A DNA stretch of 64,000 nucleotides from an uncultured Eubacteriales bacterium (lineage in GTDB: Bacteria; Bacillota; Clostridia; Christensenellales; CAG-917), in the NCBI GenBank assembly GCA_900545885.1, contig URAF01000002.1, forward strand, positions 25,866 to 89,865, given 5' to 3'. Positions 8,358-16,099 of the stretch are shown here, piece after piece. How positions within the stretch are numbered: the stretch's first letter is position 1; each line of letters begins with the position of its first letter. A program made the position numbers and the translations under genes. The notes beneath the pieces are model-generated. The model had not been told where the DNA came from and did no database searches. It saw only the letters and a program-made list of their open reading frames with translations.

Positions 8358-9530
8358 ATGGCAAATCAGACTAACACTGCGAAAAAGCCTCAAAGAGAAC
8401 CCAAATTCCTGCTCGGGTCGCTGTTCGTGGACGCCGACGTCAGAGTCGAGCCCGTCGAACCCGCCAAGGTCGTCGTTGCCGGCATGACCGAAGCGCACAT
8501 CAAGAAAGAGTATCCGGACGGCTTCTTCAAAAAAGCGGCGGCGGTTGCGCGCGGAGAATTCTCCACGCTTTTCAAAGCGTCGTTGTGGTTTCTTCCCGCC
8601 GCACTGATTTTCATTCTGGTACTTCTTGCCGCCGCGCCCTTCTTCGAGGCGTACGTAATCGGCGGCGGTTATAACTTTATGGGCAACATAGGCATCGGCT
8701 TCGGCGGAAGCGGCGACAGCATCAACCTTGCGGTTGCGCGTCTTTACTGGGAAGTCTATCAGCCTTTGCTCATGATGTTGGCGGGCGCGGGTATCATCGC
8801 GTCTCCCTTTATCGCAGGTCTTTTCTACTGCGCAAAACGCAGCTACTATCAGGATTTTTACAAGCGCATCACCCGCACTTATTTCATGGGTTTTGCAAAA
8901 CACTGGTGGAAATACCTCATCACCGCAACGGTCGGCATTCTCATCGCGCTCGCAATGGGCACCGCGCTTTGCTATCAGCTGCAACAGCAACAGCTCGGCA
9001 CCGCTTCCGCGGGCAGTATGGCGGCGGTTGTTCTGACTTTCATATTCGGCGCGCCTCTGCTCACCGTTCCCATGGTCATGATGTCGTTGTTCACGTCCTA
9101 CGACCTGTCTTTCGGCGGAGCGTTCAAGGATGCACTCGTAATCATCGCAAACAATCCTTTCACCGTCATTATAACCGGCGTTATTTCTGCGGCTCCGCTT
9201 CTTCTCCTTATGGCGGGCACGATTATCGCCGTAATAGTCGCGGTTGCGATGATACTCATCGGTTTTTCGTTCTGGGCACTTTCGTGGACGGCGCTTGCCG
9301 ACCGCGGAATGACAAAGTGCAAGGCGCTCAAAGCCTACACCGAAAAGAAACAGGCGGTCATCAACGCCCGTGCAAGAAAACAGGCGGAACGTACGGGTGC
9401 CGCGGACCACAAAGTTGCGGCGAACGCAAATAACGGTGGCGCGCAGAGCGGCGCACAAGGCGGCAACGCTCCCAAGAAAAAACAACCGCCCAAACCCTAT
9501 CAGAACCCCAAGAAGAAAAAGAAGAAATAA
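8358..9530 (+). CDS. Hypothetical polytopic membrane protein with a Lys-rich C-terminal tail
   Basis: 390 aa with AGGAG SD. It has ~6 hydrophobic helices after a ~70-aa cytosolic N-terminus, and the tail ends in ...PKKKQPPKPYQNPKKKKKK. The family is unclear; a DUF624/YesL-like topology is possible. Confidence 0.6.
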   Translation: MANQTNTAKKPQREPKFLLGSLFVDADVRVEPVEPAKVVVAGMTEAHIKKEYPDGFFKKAAAVARGEFSTLFKASLWFLPAALIFILVLLAAAPFFEAYVIGGGYNFMGNIGIGFGGSGDSINLAVARLYWEVYQPLLMMLAGAGIIASPFIAGLFYCAKRSYYQDFYKRITRTYFMGFAKHWWKYLITATVGILIALAMGTALCYQLQQQQLGTASAGSMAAVVLTFIFGAPLLTVPMVMMSLFTSYDLSFGGAFKDALVIIANNPFTVIITGVISAAPLLLLMAGTIIAVIVAVAMILIGFSFWALSWTALADRGMTKCKALKAYTEKKQAVINARARKQAERTGAADHKVAANANNGGAQSGAQGGNAPKKKQPPKPYQNPKKKKKK

Positions 9531-11221
9531 TGGCGAAACGCATCGATTTCAATCTTACCGCAAGCGACTATGCCGAGCTCGGCAGGCGCGCGCTGGAACA
9601 GAACGATGCAGAAAGAGCGGTGGGATATTTCAAATCCGCCTGCGAACTTTCCGACGACAGCGCGTATTATACCGAACTCGGTTTCGTCTACTCCAAAATA
9701 CATGCGTTGGATTTATCCAACGCTGTTTTGTATAAGGCGATGTCGAAAGCCGAATGCGAAGAAGACGAAAACTCCGCGCTCTGGATTTTGTGTTCCAACG
9801 CGCTCGAAGCGGGCGACGCGGAAGTCGCGTCGTATTATCTGCGTTATCTCGGCGAAGACGACTCGGCGGTTATGCAGGCGGCGCAGGACAAAGGAGCGCC
9901 GCAATTTAGAGTTGCGCGCAAGGCGGAACAGGAGTTTTACGAAAACAAAATTTTCCTTGCGGAAGAAGCGCTTGCCGACAACGATTTCGATACCGCGCTG
10001 AAATGCGTCGAAGGTATGGAAGACGCTCCCGAGCCTTTCCGTTCCATGGCAAGAAAAATCACGACGCTCAGCCTTTTCGCGAAAGGCGATTTCGACCGCG
10101 TTACCGCAGTCACCGAAGACATGGTGCGCGACAATCCCACCATGGAAAACAAAGCCACGCTTGCCACGGCTTACAGCGTTCAGGAACGCGAAGCGGATGC
10201 CGACAGACTGCTTGACGAAATTTTCGAGGAGGAACGCAAGAGCGGAGCGGATTTGCCGCTCGACATAATTCTCCGCGTTCTTCCCATACTCATATCCCGC
10301 GAACGCGACGAGGACGTATTGCGTCTTACGCGCATAATCTGCAAGAACACGCACCTCAAACTCTACGGCGAAATGTACGAGTCCGAAGCCCTTTACAATC
10401 TCGGCAAAGTCAAGGAAGCCGAGAGAATTATGGGCAGACTCAACAACATTTTCGGCAAGGCGTGCGCCGCGTGGTATTATCTCGAACAGTACAGAAACGG
10501 TGTCCCGAGAGTGGACTACGGTCACGAACTTCCGCACAGCGAAAAGGTCGCGATGCTGAAACTCGTCCGCACCGTGCTCGAAAACGAGGACGTGTCCGTT
10601 ATGCAGAATGCGCTTGCCGCCGACGAAAAGTTCAACGACGCGCTGAAATGGGTGTTGTACGAAACTCCCGATTATGCTGTGTGTCCCACTTTGGTCAGAC
10701 TTACTCGCCTGCGCAGCAAACAGGTTGAAATGCTGTTCCGCGACAGACTTATCGGGCTGAATCTTTCTTTCGACGCTATGACGGTTATGCTTGACTATCT
10801 GCTCGGTAACGGCTTGCGCGTCGACGTCAACATCGTATCGCAGAACAGATACAAACCCGTCGAATTTGCGTTGCCCGCGCCCATATACGTTTTGCCCACG
10901 CATCTAAGAAACGCCGTTTTCCGCGCCGCATGCGACATCGTGTACACGGACGAGGATCCCAACACTTACCTCGGCAGACTGTCGGCGATAGTCACAGGCA
11001 TTGCAACCGTGGACAAGGAAGGCGCGCTTGTGTGGAGAACGCGCAACTCCCGCAGAATTTCCATGTTGCGCAGCGAGGAAACAATGGTCGGCGTCCTGCT
11101 TTCGGAAGTCTATTTCGACGATCCCGACCCCGACGAGGACGCTATGGACAGATACGGACTGAACGAACGCACTTTCCGCAAATACAAAAAAATCTTTTTC
11201 GGAGACGACGATGAAAACTAA
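9530..11221 (+). CDS. Hypothetical soluble alpha-helical (TPR-like) protein
   Basis: 563 aa. Its ATG overlaps the upstream stop (TAATG). The N-terminal AELGRRALEQNDAERAVGYFKSACEL is TPR-like. I see no catalytic motif. Confidence 0.6.
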   Translation: MAKRIDFNLTASDYAELGRRALEQNDAERAVGYFKSACELSDDSAYYTELGFVYSKIHALDLSNAVLYKAMSKAECEEDENSALWILCSNALEAGDAEVASYYLRYLGEDDSAVMQAAQDKGAPQFRVARKAEQEFYENKIFLAEEALADNDFDTALKCVEGMEDAPEPFRSMARKITTLSLFAKGDFDRVTAVTEDMVRDNPTMENKATLATAYSVQEREADADRLLDEIFEEERKSGADLPLDIILRVLPILISRERDEDVLRLTRIICKNTHLKLYGEMYESEALYNLGKVKEAERIMGRLNNIFGKACAAWYYLEQYRNGVPRVDYGHELPHSEKVAMLKLVRTVLENEDVSVMQNALAADEKFNDALKWVLYETPDYAVCPTLVRLTRLRSKQVEMLFRDRLIGLNLSFDAMTVMLDYLLGNGLRVDVNIVSQNRYKPVEFALPAPIYVLPTHLRNAVFRAACDIVYTDEDPNTYLGRLSAIVTGIATVDKEGALVWRTRNSRRISMLRSEETMVGVLLSEVYFDDPDPDEDAMDRYGLNERTFRKYKKIFFGDDDEN

Positions 11222-11882
11222 AAAAGAAATGCTCCGCATGCTGGACGTGCTTACGGACGAAAACAAACCTTATTCCGAAAGGCTGGAAGCCTACGAATAT
11301 CTCCTCGAAGACTGCGAGGACGTCGTGGACGAAATGCTCGAAAAGTTTTACACCGCAGAGGGAGAAACGGGCAAAATGCTCATAGAAATACTCGCGGGTT
11401 ACAAGGGCAATCCCGCAATTTATATGGGACTTGTCAGCTATCTGTACAAAGGTGAGGACGTCGCGCTTTTCGCCCGTCTGCTCGGAAGCTACGGCGACGA
11501 AAGAGCAATAGACCTGCTCAAAGGTTTTGCCGAAGAATACGAACTCAACTACAACGAATACATGGAAGTCCGAAATGCGGTCGAAGAACTCGGCGGCTAT
11601 TTCGACGACGACAAGGATTACAGCGACGACCCGTTTTACCGCTACCTCAAAGGACTGGACGAACCCGACGACGCAAGCCGCCGCTCGCCATTTGAGAACA
11701 TGCTCAACCCCGACGAGGACGAAGAAGAGGAGTGTTGCGACGGGGAGTGCGAAGACGACTGCGACTGTGACGACGACTGCGATTGTCACGAAGACGATTG
11801 TGACGACGATGACTGTGACTGTCACGACCACGGACATCACGACTGCGGTTGCGGTCACGACCACGGAACGCACAAACACTGA
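11211..11882 (+). CDS. Hypothetical acidic helical-repeat protein with a C-terminal Cys/Asp/His-rich tail
   Basis: 223 aa, overlapping the upstream gene by 11 nt. The tail is CCDGECEDDCDCDDDCDCHEDDCDDDDCDCHDHGHHDCGCGHDHGTHKH, with 12 Cys and 9 His in the last 49 aa. Confidence 0.6.
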   Translation: MKTKKEMLRMLDVLTDENKPYSERLEAYEYLLEDCEDVVDEMLEKFYTAEGETGKMLIEILAGYKGNPAIYMGLVSYLYKGEDVALFARLLGSYGDERAIDLLKGFAEEYELNYNEYMEVRNAVEELGGYFDDDKDYSDDPFYRYLKGLDEPDDASRRSPFENMLNPDEDEEEECCDGECEDDCDCDDDCDCHEDDCDDDDCDCHDHGHHDCGCGHDHGTHKH

Positions 11883-13059
11883 ATTTTCCGCCCGCGGCAA
11901 CCGACTTGTCGGCGGTTTGCGCGACCGCGTCATCTGCTCCGACGACAGACGAAACGTGTGTCGAAGAATGGGCGCGGGAATGAGCGGAAGAAGGTGCGGG
12001 ACAAGGGCAAGAAGCGGAATGGGAAGCGGAACAAGCGTAAGCGTGTGCGTGTTTGTCTCTTGACCGCATAATGAGATTGAACGCCGTCCAACCCGTGGTG
12101 AGAATGCCGCAAAGGCTGACGAAAGGATAGAGCGTATCCACAATCAAATCGAACCCGAAGAAACTCACGGGATAGAGAAACAGCAACGTCGCGAACACCG
12201 CGACGTTTTTGTTTTCGGGGGCTCCCGCTTTCCTTGCAAATCTCACGAAACGGCGTTCGGAGGAGGCTTTGTCGGAGTGCGAAAGTGCGTAACGGGAGAA
12301 GGACTCCTGCGTGTATTGAGTGAGTACGTCAAGCGAGGAAACAAGAGTAGTGAATATGGCAACCGCAATAAGAATTCCCGCCGCGGTTTTCAACCCTACT
12401 TTTTCTGCGACAGCCAAAACGGGCATTGAAGAGTGCAAAGTGTCACTTAAAACTATGTTTTGGAGCACAAACAGCACCGCGCCGATAAACAACGCGCTCA
12501 TAATGCAGGTGGCAAGAATTTCTTTTTTGTTCAGTTTTTTGCCTTCTCGGGAAATGACGATACCGCCGAGCAGAACGTCCAGTCCGGAGTAGCGGAGCGG
12601 TTTTACGAAAGAAAAATCCCCTTGGAAAACAGGCGAGCCGTTGCGGATGTAGACTGCAAGCAAAAGCGCGATGAGCAGAGGTATGAGCAAGGTGTTGGCG
12701 AGCTTTATTTTCTCTATGCCGCCGACAACCAGCGCGCCCGCGAGCAGGGCGGTTATTATGCCCAACGACCTTACGCCCGTAAGCGAGTAAAGAGCAAAGT
12801 CTCCGCCCGCCAGCATTGCCGCGACGGATGAAAACGCCGCAATGAATACCCCTGTGCGTATAGCCGTGTTGTCGGGCAGGGCGTTTACCCGTCCCGCCAC
12901 GAGGAACAGCATTTCCAACACCGCCATAAACACGGCGGACAGCGCGACGTTCAACGGAGCGGTTTCGCCGAAAAACAGGGCGATTTCACGTCCCGACGCA
13001 AATCCCGCACCTATAATGGTGCCGATGTAAAGAAAACACACTTTGAGCGCGCGCCACAT
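11704..13059 (-). CDS. ykvI: YkvI-family membrane transporter-like protein with an unusually long low-complexity C-terminal extension
   Basis: MWRALKVCFLYIGTIIGAGFASGREIALFF matches the YkvI N-terminal signature (VGAGFA.GQEI). The ATG is at 13059, and a TTG at 13065 is also in frame. The hydrophobic core ends ~aa 335, but the frame stays open to 11704. Confidence 0.7.
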   Translation of the reverse strand: MWRALKVCFLYIGTIIGAGFASGREIALFFGETAPLNVALSAVFMAVLEMLFLVAGRVNALPDNTAIRTGVFIAAFSSVAAMLAGGDFALYSLTGVRSLGIITALLAGALVVGGIEKIKLANTLLIPLLIALLLAVYIRNGSPVFQGDFSFVKPLRYSGLDVLLGGIVISREGKKLNKKEILATCIMSALFIGAVLFVLQNIVLSDTLHSSMPVLAVAEKVGLKTAAGILIAVAIFTTLVSSLDVLTQYTQESFSRYALSHSDKASSERRFVRFARKAGAPENKNVAVFATLLFLYPVSFFGFDLIVDTLYPFVSLCGILTTGWTAFNLIMRSRDKHAHAYACSASHSASCPCPAPSSAHSRAHSSTHVSSVVGADDAVAQTADKSVAAGGKFSVCAFRGRDRNRSRDVRGRDSHSHRRHNRLRDNRSRRHSRSRLRTPRRNTPLLRPRRG

Positions 13060-13201
13060 ACTCAATCATATTTTTACGAAATCCGCATTATACGCAATAC
13101 CTTGCAAAACGTTGACTTCGTTCCGTTTGAAGCGTAGGTAAAGGCGCAAAATTAAATAATCATTTCATAAAGATTAAAATCCGAAAATTAAAGTTAACCG
13201 C

Positions 13202-13230
13202 TTGATAAAGTTGTAACTATGGTGGATAAT
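13202..13230 (+). promoter_or_regulatory. Promoter of the XRE gene; the predicted transcription start falls at or next to the ATG, so the mRNA may be leaderless
   Basis: TTGATA (13202-13207), a 17-nt spacer, then GATAAT (13225-13230). The ATG at 13237 begins 6 nt after the -10 element and no SD precedes it. Confidence 0.5.
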
Positions 13231-13236
13231 TCAGGT

Positions 13237-13446
13237 ATGAATAACAAGTTTGCAGAAAGATTGTCCGAATTTCTTAAAGAAGAGAAGATTTCTCAACGTC
13301 AGTTCGCCAACAGCATAGGCGTAACGGCGGCGTGCGTTTCCTATTGGAGAAGCGGCAAGAAACAGCCCACGGCGGAAAACCTTTATCTTATCGCCAAGAC
13401 TTACAACCTCTCCATAGACTTCCTGCTCGGAGTTCGCGATTATTGA
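13237..13446 (+). CDS. XRE-family helix-turn-helix transcriptional regulator (small, HTH only)
   Basis: MNNKFAERLSEFLKEEKISQRQFANSIGVTAACVSYWRSGKKQPTAENLYLIAK is a classic HTH_3 domain. An alternative ATG at 13219 lies upstream of the predicted -10 element. Confidence 0.8.
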   Translation: MNNKFAERLSEFLKEEKISQRQFANSIGVTAACVSYWRSGKKQPTAENLYLIAKTYNLSIDFLLGVRDY

Positions 13447-13521
13447 GCGGCTTTAATCCGCCGTGTTTCTGCGATTTCGCGGTTTCCGTGAGGTAAAATT
13501 TGCAATGTATACCGACAACTT

Positions 13522-13553
13522 GCACCGTGCGATTGACACGGTGCTTTCTTTTG
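13522..13553 (+). terminator. Rho-independent terminator of the XRE gene
   Basis: GCACCGTG (13522-13529) pairs with CACGGTGC (13537-13544) and is followed by TTTCTTTTG. Confidence 0.8.
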
Positions 13554-13561
13554 TATATTAT
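13533..13561 (+). promoter_or_regulatory. Candidate glyQS promoter, partly embedded in the preceding terminator hairpin
   Basis: TTGACA (13533-13538), a 17-nt spacer, then TATTAT (13556-13561). The leader to the glyQS ATG is ~25 nt. Confidence 0.45.
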
Positions 13562-13591
13562 TTATAAGAATTATCTTTGAGAAGGTGTTTT

Positions 13592-14977
13592 ATGTCTAAA
13601 CTCACAATGGACAAACTCGTTGCACTCTGCAAAAACCGCGGATTCATCTTCCCCGGCAGCGACATATACGGCGGACTCGCCAACACTTGGGACTACGGTC
13701 CTCTCGGCGTTGCGCTCAAAAACAACGTCAAAGCCGCTTGGTGGAAAAAGTTCGTCACCGAAAGCCCCTACAACGTCGGCGTCGACTGCGCAATTCTCAT
13801 GAACCCCACCGTCTGGCAAGCGTCCGGACACATCGGCGGTTTTTCCGACCCTCTTATGGACTGCAAAGCGTGCAAAACCCGCCACAGAGCAGATAATCTC
13901 ATCGAAGATTATATGAAGAAAAAGGGTATCGACGAGAACATCGCGGGCTGGACCAACGAACAGATGGAACAGTACATCACGGACAACAAACTCACTTGTC
14001 CCGTCTGCGGCAACTCCGATTTCACGGGCGTCAGGAAGTTCAACCTTATGTTCAAGACTTTCCAGGGCGTCACGGAAGACAGTTCGGCAGTCGTATATCT
14101 CCGTCCCGAAACGGCGCAGGGCATTTTCGTCAACTTCAAGAACGTTCAGCGTACCACGAGAAAGAAAGTTCCTTTCGGTATCGCACAGATAGGCAAGAGC
14201 TTCCGCAATGAAATCACGCCCGGCAACTTTACGTTCCGCACCCGTGAATTCGAACAGATGGAACTCGAATTTTTCTGCAAACCCGGCACTGACCTCGAAT
14301 GGTTTGCCTACTGGAAAGAATTCTGCAAGAACTGGTTGCTCGACCTCGGCATGAAAGCCGAAAACCTCAAACTGCGCGACCACAGCGCGGAAGAACTCTG
14401 CTTCTACTCCAAAGCGACCACCGACTTCGAGTTCTTCTTCCCCTTCGGTTGGGGCGAACTTTGGGGCGTTGCGGACAGAACGGACTACGACCTCAATCAG
14501 CACATCAAGACCTCGGGCAAGGACCTCTCTTACATCGACCCCGTCACCAACGAGAAGTACGTGCCTTACGTCATCGAGCCGTCCCTCGGCGCGGACAGAG
14601 TAGTGCTTGCATTCCTTTGCGACGCTTATGACGAGGAAGTCGTGGGCGAAAACGACACCCGTGTCGTTCTGCATCTGCACCACGCACTCGCACCCGTCAA
14701 AGTTGCCGTTCTTCCTTTGCAGAAACAGCTTAATGAAAAGGCGGAAGAAATTTACACCGAACTCAGCAAACACTTTGCATGCGATTTTGACGGTTCCGGT
14801 TCCATCGGCAAACGCTATCGTCGTCAGGACGAAATCGGTACGCCTTACTGCGTAACGGTCGACTTCGAAACGATGGAAGACGGTGCGGTCACCGTTCGTG
14901 AACGCGACACAATGGCGCAGGTCAGAGTGCCCGTCGAAGGTCTTGCGGCATACTTCGAAGAAATGCTCAGATACTAA
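13592..14977 (+). CDS. glyQS: Glycine--tRNA ligase (single-chain alpha2 type)
   Basis: 461 aa. [39 protein letters not shown] and [25 protein letters not shown] are class II GlyRS motifs. Confidence 0.95.
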   Translation: MSKLTMDKLVALCKNRGFIFPGSDIYGGLANTWDYGPLGVALKNNVKAAWWKKFVTESPYNVGVDCAILMNPTVWQASGHIGGFSDPLMDCKACKTRHRADNLIEDYMKKKGIDENIAGWTNEQMEQYITDNKLTCPVCGNSDFTGVRKFNLMFKTFQGVTEDSSAVVYLRPETAQGIFVNFKNVQRTTRKKVPFGIAQIGKSFRNEITPGNFTFRTREFEQMELEFFCKPGTDLEWFAYWKEFCKNWLLDLGMKAENLKLRDHSAEELCFYSKATTDFEFFFPFGWGELWGVADRTDYDLNQHIKTSGKDLSYIDPVTNEKYVPYVIEPSLGADRVVLAFLCDAYDEEVVGENDTRVVLHLHHALAPVKVAVLPLQKQLNEKAEEIYTELSKHFACDFDGSGSIGKRYRRQDEIGTPYCVTVDFETMEDGAVTVRERDTMAQVRVPVEGLAAYFEEMLRY

Positions 14978-15130
14978 ACGTACTTCGTGCGACCTCGGTT
15001 TTGCAGGGAGCAGCTCCGCGCGAAAATCGGCGACGAATTTCAAGCCAAGCGAGCGACGGCAACCGAGTAACAACAGAACTGAAAACCAACAAAACCCAAC
15101 AACAAAAAACAAGTTGAGTAAACAAAAAAA

Positions 15131-15159
15131 TCCCCTCGTTGCCGAGGGGATTTTCGTTT
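15131..15159. terminator. Bidirectional rho-independent terminator (serves glyQS and the Cys-rich peptide gene)
   Basis: TCCCCTCG (15131-15138) pairs with CGAGGGGA (15143-15150). AAAAAAA lies upstream and TTTTCGTTT downstream. Confidence 0.85.
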
Positions 15160-15161
15160 GG

Positions 15162-15347
15162 TTATTTGCAGCAGTTGTTGCCGCAAATGTTGCCGCCGCA
15201 GCAGCAGCAAAGAATGAGAAGAAGGGGAAGAATGTCGCAAAGACACCCCATTCCGTTGCCGCCGCAACAGCTCAGAAGAACGAGAATCAGAAGGATGCTT
15301 TCACAGCCGCATCCGCAACCCGCGTTGCCGTTTGCAAAAAAGTTCAT
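15162..15347 (-). CDS. Small (61 aa) Cys/Gly/Asn-rich hydrophobic peptide of unknown function
   Basis: ATG at 15347 has GGAGG 8 nt upstream and the terminator follows immediately. The sequence is MNFFANGNAGCGCGCESILLILVLLSCCGGNGMGCLCDILPLLLILCCCCGGNICGNNCCK. The track ORF extends to 15455, but the SD supports the internal ATG. Confidence 0.6.
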   Translation of the reverse strand: MNFFANGNAGCGCGCESILLILVLLSCCGGNGMGCLCDILPLLLILCCCCGGNICGNNCCK

Positions 15348-15486
15348 GATATGTACCTCCTCGAATTTTAGGATTGCTCCTATCTCACCATACGCAAACG
15401 GCAAAAATTGTGTGAAAGAGAGAGCAAGGTTTTGAGATTTATTTCTTCCGCTCATTTATTCAAAGCGCGCAAAATATACTTTTCAA

Positions 15487-15951
15487 GTGGATTGGGTAAA
15501 GAGAATGACCGGACTCACATTCGCGCTTTTTTGCATACTGCTGGTTGCGGCAGTCGGTCAATTCTGCCTTGAAATAGACTTTAAGTGGTATTCTTCGCTC
15601 AATAAACCCGCGTTTATGCCAAATCCGTTTGCGTTCAGGTTTGCGGTGTCGGTTGTGTACGTGTGCCTCTGCGCCGTGATTACGCGCCTTGTCGTCGGCA
15701 AACACTTTTTCCCTTCGATGATTTTTCTTGCCGTGTCGGGAGTGCTGTCGGTTATTTTTATTTTCGTTATGTTCAGGCTGAAATCCGTCTACGGCGCGAC
15801 GGTGGCAATGACTGCCGTGCTTGCCGTGTCGTTCGTTCAGATGACGAGGTTTGTTTTCAAGGACGGAAAACTTGCTCTTATGTATCTGCCTGTGTTTGTT
15901 TTCAATGCGTTTTGCACCGTACTTATGTTTTCGCTTGCCGCGCTCAACTAA
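15487..15951 (+). CDS. tspO: TspO/MBR-family (tryptophan-rich sensory protein-like) membrane protein
   Basis: ~150 aa with 5 hydrophobic helices. KWYSSLNKPAFMPNPFAF resembles the TspO N-terminal WY..L.KP.F.PP motif. The start is either GTG 15487 or ATG 15505. Confidence 0.55.
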   Translation: MDWVKRMTGLTFALFCILLVAAVGQFCLEIDFKWYSSLNKPAFMPNPFAFRFAVSVVYVCLCAVITRLVVGKHFFPSMIFLAVSGVLSVIFIFVMFRLKSVYGATVAMTAVLAVSFVQMTRFVFKDGKLALMYLPVFVFNAFCTVLMFSLAALN

Positions 15952-16011
15952 GCAAAGATTTTCCGTTTTTCGGGGACTTGCGGCTTGCCGCGCCGCATTT
16001 TGAGGATTTGT

Positions 16012-16040
16012 CTTGAAAATGTTGTAGTGTTTTGGTATAA
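16012..16040 (+). promoter_or_regulatory. Near-consensus sigma-A promoter upstream of coaX
   Basis: TTGAAA (16012-16017), a 17-nt spacer, then TATAAT (16035-16040). Confidence 0.65.
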
Positions 16041-16099
16041 TATACAAAATATAATTATATTCGGGTGCGCCTGCGCGGCGTGCCGCGCGCGGAGGGTTT

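Noticed and set aside
11700-11880. A GAC/TGC/CAC-rich quasi-repetitive stretch that looks at first like a short-repeat array
   Set aside because: It has no regular repeat-spacer periodicity. It translates cleanly into the Cys/Asp/His tail of the 11211..11882 protein, so it is coding low-complexity DNA and not a CRISPR or VNTR array.
13447-13591. A T-box riboswitch expected upstream of glyQS
   Set aside because: Only ~145 nt are available. They are taken up by the XRE terminator and a promoter that leaves a ~25-nt leader. I saw no specifier, T-box sequence or antiterminator.
15038-15051. An exact 14-mer, TTTCAAGCCAAGCG, shared with positions 48-61
   Set aside because: Several chance 14-mer matches are expected in a 64-kb window. 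The flanking sequence shows no further similarity.
13571-15112. A 513-aa ORF on the minus strand that covers the whole glyQS gene. Similar cases are 29301..30848(+), 61827..63491(-), 37921..39354(-), 39676..41196(+), 42857..44119(-), 16906..18150(-), 27206..28450(+), 32586..33755(-), 36754..37914(-), 9713..10903(-), 8346..9485(-) and 47659..48864(+).
   Set aside because: These ORFs are in exact codon register with well-supported sense genes. Their translations are low-information (rich in F, V, R, D and H) and they lack SD sequences. The absence of TTA/CTA/TCA codons in the sense genes explains them, so I treat them as shadow ORFs.
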